A DNA stretch of 63,002 nucleotides, filler included. It is 14 parts of 14 records of this genome, joined end to end, with 100 filler letters (N's around TTAATTAATTAA, not from the genome) between each part and the next. Parts side by side here need not be neighbours in the genome. Positions count along the whole stretch, not along the records: positions 31,788 to 39,194 come from SRR11831586_650; positions 39,295 to 48,343 come from SRR11831586_651; positions 48,444 to 50,637 come from SRR11831586_666; 11 more parts are not named here. One strand, written 5' to 3'. The notes below the pieces were generated by a model. The model did not search any database. It saw only the letters and a program-made list of their open reading frames with translations, and was not told the DNA's origin. Below, in pieces: positions 35,702 through 49,630 of this stretch. How positions within the stretch are numbered: the first letter of the stretch is position 1; each line of letters opens with the position of its first letter. The position numbers were made by a program, and so were the translations under genes.

Positions 35702-38146
35702 TTACACCTTTTCAACCTGAACAAGGTTTGTATGTGACGGATTCCCCTTAGCGAGAGGAGACGGACGTTGAGTGGTCAGTACGTTAATACAACCACCCTT
35801 ATCGACACGTTTTGCATCCGGGTCATACCAGGCACCTTCACCCAGTGCGACCACACCCGGCATCATTCGTGGCGTCACTTTCGCCTCAATATGAACCTCA
35901 CCACGATCGTTAAAGATCCTGACTTTATCGCCGTTGTGGATACCGCGTTTTTGGGCATCAAGCGGGTTGATCCACATTTCCTGACGGCAAGCCGCTTTCA
36001 GCACATCAACGTTGCCGTAAGTTGAGTGAACGCGAGATTTATAGTGGAAACCTGTAAGCTGCAGCGGATACTGTTTGTTCAGCGGATCCTGATAACTTTC
36101 AAAGCCCGGCGTGTAGATCGGCAGTGGATCGATCACATCGCCTTCAGGCAATTCCCAGGTAGCGGCAATGTCAGCCAGCGCCTGCGAATAAATCTCAATT
36201 TTGCCCGATGGCGTAGTCAGTGGGTTTGCCTGCGGATCTTCACGGAAGGCTTTATAAGCAACGTGATGCCCTTGTGGGTCGCGCTTTTTAAAGATCCCCT
36301 GCTTGCGGAACTCTTCAAACGTTGGCAGTTCAGGAATCGCTTCCCGCGACTGGGCATACAGATGCCGCATCCACTCTTCCTGGGTACGGCCTTCAGTAAA
36401 CTGTTGCTCAACGCCAAGACGTTTTGCCAGTTCGCTGGTCATTTCATAGATGGTCTTACATTCAAAGCGCGGTTTAATCACCTGATCGTTGAAAATCACG
36501 TAAGACATATTCCCGCAGGATGCATCCAGCGCAAAGTCCATCTGTTCGGAAGCGGTGCAGTCAGGCAGCAGGATGTCAGCATATTTCGCCGATGAGGTCA
36601 TGTGGCAGTCGATAACCACAATCAGCTCGCACTTCTTATCATCCTGAAGGATTTCATGGGTACGGTTGATTTCAGAATGCTGGTTAATCAGGCAGTTACC
36701 GGCATAGTTCCAGATCATTTTGATCGGCACATCCAGCTTATCTTTCCCGCGTACACCATCACGCAGCGCCGTCATTTCCGGGCCACGTTCAATGGCATCG
36801 GTCCACATAAACATCGAAATGCTGGTCTGGATCGGGTTTTCCAAGGTCGGCATACGGACAAACGGTAAGCTGTATGAACCTTCACGCGCGCCGCTGTTGC
36901 CTCCGTTAATACCAACGTTACCGGTCAGAATCGCCAGCATCGAGATAGCACGGGTTGCGATTTCACCGTTAGCGTGACGCTGCGGGCCCCATCCCTGGCT
37001 GATAAACGCCGGTTTGGTACTACCGATTTCACGAGCCAATTTGATGATTTTGTCTGCCGGAACACCAGTGATTTGCGAGGCCCATTCCGGCGTTTTAGCC
37101 ACGCCATCTGGCCCTTCACCCAGAATATAAGCTTTATAGTGGCCATTTTTCGGCGCACTGGCTGGCAGGGTTTTCTCATCGTAGCCAACGCAATATTTAT
37201 CGAGGAATGCCTGATCCACCAGGTTTTCAGTGATCATGACGTACGCCAGACCGTTAACCAGTGCGGCATCTGTTCCCGGACGAATAGGGATCCACTCATC
37301 TTCGCGCCCGGCACCGGTGTCGGTATAGCGCGGATCGATGATGATCATGCGGGCATTAGATTTCTGGCGTGCCTGTTCAAGATAGTAAGTCACCCCACCG
37401 CCACTCATTCGCGTTTCGCCAGGGTTATTACCAAACAGCACTACCAGCTTACTGTTTTCGATATCCGACGGGCTGTTGCCATCTGCCCAGCCGCCGTAGG
37501 TATAGTTCAAACCTTCCGCAATTTGCGCGGAGGAGTAGTCGCCGTAATGGTTCAGATAGCCGCCGCAGCAGTTCATCAGCCGCGCGACCAGGGTATTTCC
37601 CGGCGGCCAGGAGCGGGTCATGGTGCCGCCCAGCGTACCGGTGCCATAGTTCAGATAGATAGACTCGTTGCCGTACTCTTTGATCAGGCGCTGCATATTG
37701 GTCGCGATGATGTCGTAGGCTTCTTCCCAGCTAATGCGCTCGAATTTGCCTTCACCGCGCGCCCCGACTCGTTTCATCGGATATTTCAGGCGGTCCGGAT
37801 TGTAGACACGGCGACGCATGGAACGCCCACGCAGGCAGGCGCGAACCTGGTGCAGGCCGTCGTAATTGTCATCGCCGGTATTGTCCGTTTCGACATATTT
37901 GATTTCACCGTCCACGACGTGCATACGTAGCGGGCAGCGACTACCACAGTTAACTGTACAGGCGCTCCAGATAACCTTTTCGTCTGATTTTGTTGGAATG
38001 GCGCTATCGACAGCGTGCGCAATCCGACTAAAAGGTAATGTTAATGCGCTGCTGGCCATTGCCAGGCCGCCGATCGCTGTCGTTTTTACCAAACCACGGC
38101 GACTCACCTCAGCAGCCAATACCGCATCAGGGATTTTCGTTTTCAT
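35702..38146 (-). CDS. dmsA: DMSO reductase catalytic molybdo-subunit
   Basis: Tat signal SRRGLVK; CTVNCGSRC; 814 aa. Confidence 0.97.
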   Translation of the reverse strand: MKTKIPDAVLAAEVSRRGLVKTTAIGGLAMASSALTLPFSRIAHAVDSAIPTKSDEKVIWSACTVNCGSRCPLRMHVVDGEIKYVETDNTGDDNYDGLHQVRACLRGRSMRRRVYNPDRLKYPMKRVGARGEGKFERISWEEAYDIIATNMQRLIKEYGNESIYLNYGTGTLGGTMTRSWPPGNTLVARLMNCCGGYLNHYGDYSSAQIAEGLNYTYGGWADGNSPSDIENSKLVVLFGNNPGETRMSGGGVTYYLEQARQKSNARMIIIDPRYTDTGAGREDEWIPIRPGTDAALVNGLAYVMITENLVDQAFLDKYCVGYDEKTLPASAPKNGHYKAYILGEGPDGVAKTPEWASQITGVPADKIIKLAREIGSTKPAFISQGWGPQRHANGEIATRAISMLAILTGNVGINGGNSGAREGSYSLPFVRMPTLENPIQTSISMFMWTDAIERGPEMTALRDGVRGKDKLDVPIKMIWNYAGNCLINQHSEINRTHEILQDDKKCELIVVIDCHMTSSAKYADILLPDCTASEQMDFALDASCGNMSYVIFNDQVIKPRFECKTIYEMTSELAKRLGVEQQFTEGRTQEEWMRHLYAQSREAIPELPTFEEFRKQGIFKKRDPQGHHVAYKAFREDPQANPLTTPSGKIEIYSQALADIAATWELPEGDVIDPLPIYTPGFESYQDPLNKQYPLQLTGFHYKSRVHSTYGNVDVLKAACRQEMWINPLDAQKRGIHNGDKVRIFNDRGEVHIEAKVTPRMMPGVVALGEGAWYDPDAKRVDKGGCINVLTTQRPSPLAKGNPSHTNLVQVEKV

Positions 38147-38219
38147 AATGGCTCACTCAAGCTTGCTCACGATTGATTCCAGTAACAAACCGTATTGTGT
38201 AATTATTTCTATAGCAGTT

Positions 38220-38243
38220 CGCTATATAGGCTTGTATACATCG
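38220..38243. promoter_or_regulatory. ModE-type box upstream of dmsA
   Basis: CGCTATATA-ggcttg-TATACATCG. Confidence 0.65.
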
Positions 38244-38316
38244 AATAATTTGAAAATCAAAGAGATAGGTAGATTTTCACTCGAAAGTAGTATTACGTGT
38301 AAGTGAGGAGTAATTA

Positions 38317-38330
38317 TTGTTCGGTATCAA
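38317..38330. promoter_or_regulatory. FNR box of the dmsA promoter
   Basis: TTGTT-cggt-ATCAA. Confidence 0.75.
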
Positions 38331-38338
38331 AGGGAGAC

Positions 38339-38364
38339 AAAAAAAGCGCCCGCAGGCGCTTTTT
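38339..38364 (-). terminator. serS terminator
   Basis: aaaaaagcgcc-cgca-ggcgcttttt. Confidence 0.8.
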
Positions 38365-38384
38365 AGATTCAGAAAAATTGGGTA

Positions 38385-39194
<810 letters not shown>

Positions 39195-39295
39195 NNNNNN
39201 NNNNNNNNNNNNNNNNNNNNNNNNNNNNNNNNNNNNNNTTAATTAATTAANNNNNNNNNNNNNNNNNNNNNNNNNNNNNNNNNNNNNNNNNNNNA

Positions 39296-39754
<459 letters not shown>

Positions 39755-39776
39755 TGCCTTTACGTGGGCGGTGATT

Positions 39777-39805
39777 TTGTCTACAATCTTACCCCCACGT
39801 ATAAT
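39777..39805 (+). promoter_or_regulatory. rplJ promoter
   Basis: TTGTCT-17-TATAAT. Confidence 0.75.
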
Positions 39806-39819
39806 GCTTAATGCAGACG

Positions 39820-39944
39820 TATATCCGAGATATTCGGGTTGTGGCAAGGCGGCAACTGAGTGAGTCGCCAGGAGCATAGCTAACTATGTGACTGGTGCGA
39901 ATGAAGGAAGCCAACGCCGTCACAAGCTGAATAGCGACGGATAG
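39820..39944. repeat. ERIC/IRU element in the rplJ leader
   Basis: About 125 nt; ...aaggcggcaactgagtgagtcgccaggagcatagctaactatgtgactgg...gccaacgc... follows the ERIC layout with terminal inverted ends. Confidence 0.7.
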
Positions 39945-39959
39945 AAAAGATTTGTTCGT

Positions 39960-40120
39960 TGGAGCCTGGCCTATCCAGGCCTCCGTCGAAGACCGCAGGA
40001 GTTTCGCAAGAAACTTAATCCCCTGCGTAGACGGTGACAGAACGCTAAGATTATTCTTTTATATTCTGGCTTGTTTCTGCTCACCGTAATTAAGACGCTC
40101 TCTCCGTTTGGAGGAGTGAA
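39960..40120 (+). promoter_or_regulatory. L10 leader autoregulatory RNA (boundaries approximate)
   Basis: Position upstream of rplJ; gaagaccgcagg...cctgcgtagacgg helix typical of L10 leaders. Confidence 0.65.
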
Positions 40121-40166
40121 GTGAGTTCCAGAGATTTTCTCTGGCAAACATCCAGGAGCAAAGCTA

Positions 40167-40664
40167 ATGGCTTTAAATCTTCAAGACAAACAAGCGATTG
40201 TTGCTGAAGTCAGCGAAGTAGCCAAAGGCGCGCTGTCTGCAGTAGTTGCGGATTCCCGTGGCGTAACTGTAGATAAAATGACTGAACTGCGTAAAGCAGG
40301 TCGCGAAGCTGGCGTATACATGCGTGTTGTTCGTAACACCCTGCTGCGCCGTGCTGTTGAAGGTACTCCGTTCGAGTGCCTGAAAGACGCGTTTGTTGGT
40401 CCGACCCTGATTGCATACTCTATGGAACACCCGGGCGCTGCTGCTCGTCTGTTCAAAGAGTTCGCGAAAGCGAATGCAAAATTTGAGGTCAAAGCCGCTG
40501 CCTTTGAAGGTGAGCTGATCCCGGCGTCTCAGATCGACCGCCTGGCAACTCTGCCGACCTACGAAGAAGCAATTGCACGCCTGATGGCAACCATGAAAGA
40601 AGCTTCGGCTGGCAAACTGGTTCGTACTCTGGCTGCTGTACGCGATGCGAAAGAAGCTGCTTAA
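40167..40664 (+). CDS. rplJ: 50S ribosomal protein L10
   Basis: [15 protein letters not shown]; 165 aa. Confidence 0.98.
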
Positions 40665-40730
40665 TCGCAGTTATCTTTTTAACGCATTCGCTTACGTATA
40701 AACTTATTCTGATATTCAGGAACAATTTAA

Positions 40731-41096
<366 letters not shown>

Positions 41097-41135
41097 GCCA
41101 ACCCTTCCGGTTGCAGCCTGAGAAATCAGGCTGAT

Positions 41136-41166
41136 GGCTGGTGACTTTTTAGTCACCAGCCTTTTT
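41136..41166 (+). terminator. rplL-rpoB attenuator
   Basis: ggctggtgact-tttt-agtcaccagcc followed by a T-run. Confidence 0.85.
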
Positions 41167-41415
41167 GCGCTGTAAGGCGCCAGTAGCGTTTCACACTGTT
41201 TGACTACTGCTGTGCCTTTCAATGCTTGTTTCTATCGACGACTTAATATACTGCGACAGGACGTCCGTTCTGTGTAAATCGCAATGAAATGGTTTAAGCG
41301 TGATAGCAACAGGCATTGCGGAAAGTGTTCCATTTTCCGGTCAACAAAATAGTGTTGCACAAACTGTCCGCTCAATGGACAGATGGGTCGACTTGTCAGC
41401 GAGCTGAGGAACCCT

Positions 41416-44400
41416 ATGGTTTACTCCTATACCGAGAAAAAACGTATTCGTAAGGATTTTGGTAAACGTCCACAAGTTCTGGATGTACCTTATCTCCTTT
41501 CTATCCAGCTTGACTCGTTTCAGAAATTTATCGAGCAAGATCCTGAAGGGCAGTATGGTCTGGAAGCTGCTTTCCGTTCCGTATTCCCGATTCAGAGCTA
41601 CAGCGGTAATTCCGAGCTGCAATACGTCAGCTACCGCCTTGGCGAACCGGTGTTTGACGTCCAGGAATGTCAAATCCGTGGCGTGACCTATTCCGCACCG
41701 CTGCGCGTTAAACTGCGTCTGGTGATCTATGAGCGCGAAGCGCCGGAAGGCACCGTAAAAGACATTAAAGAACAAGAAGTCTACATGGGCGAAATTCCGC
41801 TCATGACAGACAACGGTACCTTTGTTATCAACGGTACTGAGCGTGTTATCGTTTCCCAGCTGCACCGTAGTCCGGGCGTCTTCTTTGACTCCGACAAAGG
41901 TAAAACCCACTCTTCGGGTAAAGTGCTGTATAACGCGCGTATCATCCCTTACCGTGGTTCCTGGCTGGACTTCGAATTCGATCCGAAGGACAACCTGTTC
42001 GTACGTATCGACCGTCGCCGTAAACTGCCTGCGACCATCATTCTGCGCGCCCTGAACTACACCACAGAGCAGATCCTCGACCTGTTCTTTGAAAAAGTTA
42101 TCTTTGAAATCCGTGATAACAAGCTGCAGATGGAACTGGTGCCGGAACGCCTGCGTGGTGAAACCGCATCTTTTGACATCGAAGCTAACGGTAAAGTGTA
42201 CGTAGAAAAAGGCCGCCGTATCACTGCGCGCCACATTCGCCAGCTGGAAAAAGACGACGTCAAACTGATCGAAGTCCCGGTTGAGTACATCGCAGGTAAA
42301 GTGGTTGCTAAAGACTATATTGATGAGTCTACCGGCGAGCTGATCTGCGCAGCGAACATGGAGCTGAGCCTGGATCTGCTGGCTAAGCTGAGCCAGTCTG
42401 GTCACAAGCGTATCGAAACGCTGTTCACCAACGATCTGGATCACGGCCCATATATCTCTGAAACCTTACGTGTCGACCCAACTAACGACCGTCTGAGCGC
42501 ACTGGTAGAAATCTACCGCATGATGCGCCCTGGCGAGCCGCCGACTCGTGAAGCAGCTGAAAGCCTGTTCGAGAACCTGTTCTTCTCCGAAGACCGTTAT
42601 GACTTGTCTGCGGTTGGTCGTATGAAGTTCAACCGTTCTCTGCTGCGCGAAGAAATCGAAGGTTCCGGTATCCTGAGCAAAGACGACATCATTGATGTTA
42701 TGAAAAAGCTCATCGATATCCGTAACGGTAAAGGCGAAGTCGATGATATCGACCACCTCGGCAACCGTCGTATCCGTTCCGTTGGCGAAATGGCGGAAAA
42801 CCAGTTCCGCGTTGGCCTGGTACGTGTAGAGCGTGCGGTGAAAGAGCGTCTGTCTCTGGGCGATCTGGATACCCTGATGCCACAGGATATGATCAACGCC
42901 AAGCCGATTTCCGCAGCAGTGAAAGAGTTCTTCGGTTCCAGCCAGCTGTCTCAGTTTATGGACCAGAACAACCCGCTGTCTGAGATTACGCACAAACGTC
43001 GTATCTCCGCACTCGGCCCAGGCGGTCTGACCCGTGAACGTGCAGGCTTCGAAGTTCGAGACGTACACCCGACTCACTACGGTCGCGTATGTCCAATCGA
43101 AACCCCTGAAGGTCCGAACATCGGTCTGATCAACTCTCTGTCCGTGTACGCACAGACTAACGAATACGGCTTCCTTGAGACTCCGTATCGTAAAGTGACC
43201 GACGGTGTTGTAACTGACGAAATTCACTACCTGTCTGCTATCGAAGAAGGCAACTACGTTATCGCCCAGGCGAACTCCAACTTGGATGAAGAAGGCCACT
43301 TCGTAGAAGACCTGGTAACTTGCCGTAGCAAAGGCGAATCCAGCTTGTTCAGCCGCGACCAGGTTGACTACATGGACGTATCCACCCAGCAGGTGGTATC
43401 CGTCGGTGCGTCCCTGATCCCGTTCCTGGAACACGATGACGCCAACCGTGCATTGATGGGTGCGAACATGCAACGTCAGGCCGTTCCGACTCTGCGCGCT
43501 GATAAGCCGCTGGTTGGTACTGGTATGGAACGTGCTGTTGCCGTTGACTCCGGTGTAACTGCGGTAGCTAAACGTGGTGGTGTCGTTCAGTACGTGGATG
43601 CTTCCCGTATCGTTATCAAAGTTAACGAAGACGAGATGTATCCGGGTGAAGCAGGTATCGACATCTACAACCTGACCAAATACACCCGTTCTAACCAGAA
43701 CACCTGTATCAACCAGATGCCGTGTGTGTCTCTGGGTGAACCGGTTGAACGTGGCGACGTGCTGGCAGACGGTCCGTCCACCGACCTCGGTGAACTGGCG
43801 CTTGGTCAGAACATGCGCGTAGCGTTCATGCCGTGGAATGGTTACAACTTCGAAGACTCCATCCTCGTATCCGAGCGTGTTGTTCAGGAAGACCGTTTCA
43901 CCACCATCCACATTCAGGAACTGGCGTGTGTGTCCCGTGACACCAAGCTGGGTCCGGAAGAGATCACCGCTGACATCCCGAACGTGGGTGAAGCTGCGCT
44001 CTCCAAACTGGATGAATCCGGTATCGTTTACATTGGTGCGGAAGTGACCGGTGGCGACATTCTGGTTGGTAAGGTAACGCCGAAAGGTGAAACTCAGCTG
44101 ACCCCAGAAGAAAAACTGCTGCGTGCGATCTTCGGTGAGAAAGCCTCTGACGTTAAAGACTCTTCTCTGCGCGTACCAAACGGTGTATCCGGTACGGTTA
44201 TCGACGTTCAGGTCTTTACTCGCGATGGCGTAGAAAAAGACAAACGTGCGCTGGAAATCGAAGAAATGCAGCTCAAACAGGCGAAGAAAGACCTGTCTGA
44301 AGAACTGCAGATCCTCGAAGCGGGTCTGTTCAGCCGTATCCGTGCTGTGCTGGTAGCCGGTGGCGTTGAAGCTGAGAAGCTCGACAAACTGCCGCGCGAT

Positions 44401-45444
44401 CGCTGGCTGGAGCTGGGCCTGACAGACGAAGAGAAACAAAATCAGCTGGAACAGCTGGCTGAGCAGTATGACGAACTGAAACACGAGTTCGAGAAGAAAC
44501 TCGAAGCGAAACGCCGCAAAATCACCCAGGGCGACGATCTGGCACCGGGCGTGCTGAAGATTGTTAAGGTATATCTGGCGGTTAAACGCCGTATCCAGCC
44601 TGGTGACAAGATGGCAGGTCGTCACGGTAACAAGGGTGTAATTTCTAAGATCAACCCGATCGAAGATATGCCTTACGATGAAAACGGTACGCCGGTAGAC
44701 ATCGTACTGAACCCGCTGGGCGTACCGTCTCGTATGAACATCGGTCAGATCCTCGAAACCCACCTGGGTATGGCTGCGAAAGGTATCGGCGACAAGATCA
44801 ACGCCATGCTGAAACAGCAGCAAGAAGTCGCGAAACTGCGCGAATTCATCCAGCGTGCGTACGATCTGGGCGCTGACGTTCGTCAGAAAGTTGACCTGAG
44901 TACCTTCAGCGATGAAGAAGTTATGCGTCTGGCTGAAAACCTGCGCAAAGGTATGCCAATCGCAACGCCGGTGTTCGACGGTGCGAAAGAAGCAGAAATT
45001 AAAGAGCTGCTGAAACTTGGCGACCTGCCGACTTCCGGTCAGATCCGCCTGTACGATGGTCGCACTGGTGAACAGTTCGAGCGTCCGGTAACCGTTGGTT
45101 ACATGTACATGCTGAAACTGAACCACCTGGTCGACGACAAGATGCACGCGCGTTCCACCGGTTCTTACAGCCTGGTTACTCAGCAGCCGCTGGGTGGTAA
45201 GGCACAGTTCGGTGGTCAGCGTTTCGGGGAGATGGAAGTGTGGGCGCTGGAAGCATACGGCGCAGCATACACCCTGCAGGAAATGCTCACCGTTAAGTCT
45301 GATGACGTGAACGGTCGTACCAAGATGTATAAAAACATCGTGGACGGCAACCATCAGATGGAGCCGGGCATGCCAGAATCCTTCAACGTATTGTTGAAAG
45401 AGATTCGTTCGCTGGGTATCAACATCGAACTGGAAGACGAGTAA
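41416..45444 (+). CDS. rpoB: RNA polymerase beta subunit, 1342 aa
   Basis: [27 protein letters not shown]; rifampicin cluster [23 protein letters not shown] reads as wild type. Confidence 0.99.
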
Positions 45445-45520
45445 TTCTCGCTCAAACAGGTCACTGCTGTCGGGTTAAAACCCGGCAGCGGATTGTGCTA
45501 ACTCCGACGGGAGCAAATCC

Positions 45521-48343
45521 GTGAAAGATTTATTAAAGTTTCTGAAAGCGCAGACTAAAACCGAAGAGTTTGATGCGATCAAAATTGCTCTGGCTTCGCC
45601 AGACATGATCCGTTCATGGTCTTTCGGTGAAGTTAAAAAGCCGGAAACCATCAACTACCGTACGTTCAAACCAGAACGTGACGGCCTTTTCTGCGCCCGT
45701 ATCTTTGGGCCGGTAAAAGATTACGAGTGCCTGTGCGGTAAGTACAAGCGCCTGAAACACCGTGGCGTCATCTGTGAGAAGTGCGGCGTTGAAGTGACCC
45801 AGACTAAAGTACGCCGTGAGCGTATGGGCCACATCGAACTGGCTTCCCCGACTGCGCACATCTGGTTCCTGAAATCGCTGCCGTCCCGTATCGGTCTGCT
45901 GCTCGATATGCCGCTGCGCGATATCGAACGCGTACTGTACTTTGAATTCTATGTGGTTATCGAAGGCGGTATGACCAACCTGGAACGTCAGCAGATCCTG
46001 ACTGAAGAGCAGTATCTGGACGCGCTGGAAGAGTTCGGTGACGAATTCGACGCGAAGATGGGGGCGGAAGCAATCCAGGCTCTGCTGAAGAGCATGGATC
46101 TGGAGCAAGAGTGCGAACAGCTGCGTGAAGAGCTGAACGAAACCAACTCCGAAACCAAGCGTAAAAAGCTGACCAAGCGTATCAAACTGCTGGAAGCGTT
46201 CGTTCAGTCTGGTAACAAACCAGAGTGGATGATCCTGACCGTTCTGCCGGTACTGCCGCCAGATCTGCGTCCGCTGGTTCCGCTGGATGGTGGTCGTTTC
46301 GCGACTTCTGACCTGAACGATCTGTATCGTCGCGTCATTAACCGTAACAACCGTCTGAAACGTCTGCTGGATCTGGCTGCGCCGGACATCATCGTACGTA
46401 ACGAAAAACGTATGCTGCAGGAAGCGGTAGACGCCCTGCTGGATAACGGTCGTCGCGGTCGTGCGATCACCGGTTCTAACAAGCGTCCTCTGAAATCTTT
46501 GGCCGACATGATCAAAGGTAAACAGGGTCGTTTCCGTCAGAACCTGCTCGGTAAGCGTGTTGACTACTCCGGTCGTTCTGTAATCACCGTAGGTCCATAC
46601 CTGCGTCTGCATCAGTGCGGTCTGCCGAAGAAAATGGCACTGGAGCTGTTCAAACCGTTCATCTACGGCAAGCTGGAACTGCGTGGTCTTGCTACCACCA
46701 TTAAAGCTGCGAAGAAAATGGTTGAGCGCGAAGAAGCTGTCGTTTGGGATATCCTGGACGAAGTTATCCGCGAACACCCGGTACTGCTGAACCGTGCACC
46801 GACTCTGCACCGTCTGGGTATCCAGGCATTTGAACCGGTACTGATCGAAGGTAAAGCTATCCAGCTGCACCCGCTGGTTTGTGCGGCATATAACGCCGAC
46901 TTCGATGGTGACCAGATGGCTGTTCACGTACCGCTGACGCTGGAAGCCCAGCTGGAAGCGCGTGCGCTGATGATGTCTACCAACAACATCCTGTCCCCGG
47001 CGAACGGCGAACCAATCATCGTTCCGTCTCAGGACGTTGTACTGGGTCTGTACTACATGACCCGTGACTGTGTTAACGCCAAAGGCGAAGGCATGGTGCT
47101 GACTGGCCCGAAAGAAGCAGAACGTCTGTATCGCTCTGGTCTGGCTTCTCTGCATGCGCGCGTTAAAGTGCGTATCACCGAGTATGAAAAAGATGCTAAC
47201 GGTGAATTAGTAGCGAAAACCAGCCTGAAAGACACGACTGTTGGCCGTGCCATTCTGTGGATGATTGTACCGAAAGGTCTGCCTTACTCCATCGTCAACC
47301 AGGCGCTGGGTAAAAAAGCAATCTCCAAAATGCTGAACACCTGCTACCGCATTCTCGGTCTGAAACCGACCGTTATTTTTGCGGACCAGATCATGTACAC
47401 CGGCTTCGCCTATGCAGCGCGTTCTGGTGCATCTGTTGGTATCGATGACATGGTCATCCCGGAGAAGAAACACGAAATCATCTCCGAGGCAGAAGCAGAA
47501 GTTGCTGAAATTCAGGAGCAGTTCCAGTCTGGTCTGGTAACTGCGGGCGAACGCTACAACAAAGTTATCGATATCTGGGCTGCGGCGAACGATCGTGTAT
47601 CCAAAGCGATGATGGATAACCTGCAAACTGAAACCGTGATTAACCGTGACGGTCAGGAAGAGAAGCAGGTTTCCTTCAACAGCATCTACATGATGGCCGA
47701 CTCCGGTGCGCGTGGTTCTGCGGCACAGATTCGTCAGCTTGCTGGTATGCGTGGTCTGATGGCGAAGCCGGATGGCTCCATCATCGAAACGCCAATCACC
47801 GCGAACTTCCGTGAAGGTCTGAACGTACTCCAGTACTTCATCTCCACCCACGGTGCTCGTAAAGGTCTGGCGGATACCGCACTGAAAACTGCGAACTCCG
47901 GTTACCTGACTCGTCGTCTGGTTGACGTGGCGCAGGACCTGGTGGTTACCGAAGACGATTGTGGTACCCATGAAGGTATCATGATGACTCCGGTTATCGA
48001 GGGTGGTGACGTTAAAGAGCCGCTGCGCGATCGCGTACTGGGTCGTGTAACTGCTGAAGACGTTCTGAAGCCGGGTACTGCTGATATCCTCGTTCCGCGC
48101 AACACGCTGCTGCACGAACAGTGGTGTGACCTGCTGGAAGAGAACTCTGTCGACGCGGTTAAAGTACGTTCTGTTGTATCTTGTGACACCGACTTTGGTG
48201 TATGTGCGCACTGCTACGGTCGTGACCTGGCGCGTGGCCACATCATCAACAAGGGTGAAGCAATCGGTGTTATCGCGGCACAGTCCATCGGTGAACCGGG
48301 TACACAGCTGACCATGCGTACGTTCCACATCGGTGGTGCGGCA
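45521..48343 (+). CDS. rpoC: RNA polymerase beta' subunit, 3'-truncated (GTG start)
   Basis: NADFDGD catalytic motif; Zn-finger cysteines. Confidence 0.99.
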
Positions 48344-48443
48344 NNNNNNNNNNNNNNNNNNNNNNNNNNNNNNNNNNNNNNNNNNNNTTAATTAATTAAN
48401 NNNNNNNNNNNNNNNNNNNNNNNNNNNNNNNNNNNNNNNNNNN

Positions 48444-49620
48444 AACTGCGGGAGTTCTTCTTTCGTTTGGGTCAGGTGGACCAGGGTGCGATGCAGAAGA
48501 TCGTCCACATCAATATAGCGAGCTTGTAGATATTCATCATCCAGTTGCTGGTATTGCTGGCTAAGTTCTTTAAGAACTTGCTGCCAGGCATATTCTGCCG
48601 TGCAATGTTCATGCTGAAGGAGTTCGCTTGCCGCCGCCAGCAGTTCCGGATCATCTAACAGTGTATGGTGACCAGAAAAGATTGCGGCAATATCGTCAAG
48701 CCCGCTGGCTTCTGCTTTCGCTGTTAACGTCATCAGATCTAATAACGTGAAGTCAATAGCCTGGCGTAATCGATCTTGTTCTTCTTCCACGGTCAGGGTT
48801 GATTTTGCCTGTACCGTACATAAAACTGGTTGATAATAAAAGGCTTTACCCGAAACAGGCGGAACGGGACGCAGAGTAGGTGGAGCGACTTCCTCCGTTT
48901 CACCAAAGTTATCTTCAGCCAGCTGACGGAAAGCGATCAGTGCCTCTTCAGCTTCTGGCCCTTTCGCAATCAGGCGCAGCGTATCGTTATAGCGAACTTG
49001 TAGTAACGCAATCTGGTTAATACTCTCTGGTGTGACGCATTTGCCGTTTTTTTCCAGCAACATATCGGCATTAAATGTCGATAAGGTATAAACCAGCCGG
49101 GAGGCCGGACGTACATGCAGGCCGTTACGGTTTTTATGACCACCGCCAGAGAACGGGCTTCTTCATCGTACGCAGGACATGTGTCAGAGATTTCAGTGTC
49201 GGAGGACGGTAAACCCAGTTGTTCACGTTTGGCTTCCAGCGCATGCATGGCGTCAAAGATAACTTTGTCGATATCCGCCCCCGAGGCCGCGCTGACCGTT
49301 GCTGCCAGTGTACCTTCGACCAACGGCGCAGCACACAAACGTACTTTTGCGGCGATCTCGGGAGCCAGCAATTCCAGCGCAGTTTCAGCACTCAATAATG
49401 CGCTACCCATATCCATCATGACCAGCACATGGTCGGCATCAGCAACAGATTCGATGGCCTCCATCACTTTGACGGCATCGGTACCAATGGGATTTTGTGG
49501 ATCGTCAATTCCCGCGGCAATGGCGATTTTACAACTATCACTCATTAACATCTGACGGGCTAATTCACCGACACCTTCTCCCAGTCGGCTGCTATGTGAA
49601 ACTATGACCAGGTTTACCAT
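48444..49620 (-). CDS. dhaM: Dihydroxyacetone kinase phosphotransferase DhaM, 3'-truncated, -1 frameshift at 49131-49135 (probable sequencing error)
   Basis: IVSHS and MDMGSA EIIA motifs; adding one A to the A5 run restores IKNRNGLHVRPAS (HPr domain). Confidence 0.88.
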
Positions 49621-49630
49621 CACCAATTCC

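Noticed and set aside
42925-43030. Rifampicin-resistance mutation in rpoB cluster I
   Set aside because: The translated region reads as wild type
42466-45354. 962-aa antisense ORF in rpoB, and similar ones in rpoC, rplL, proS, hyaA and dmsA
   Set aside because: Shadow frames expected from the codon bias of highly expressed genes; no recognisable domains
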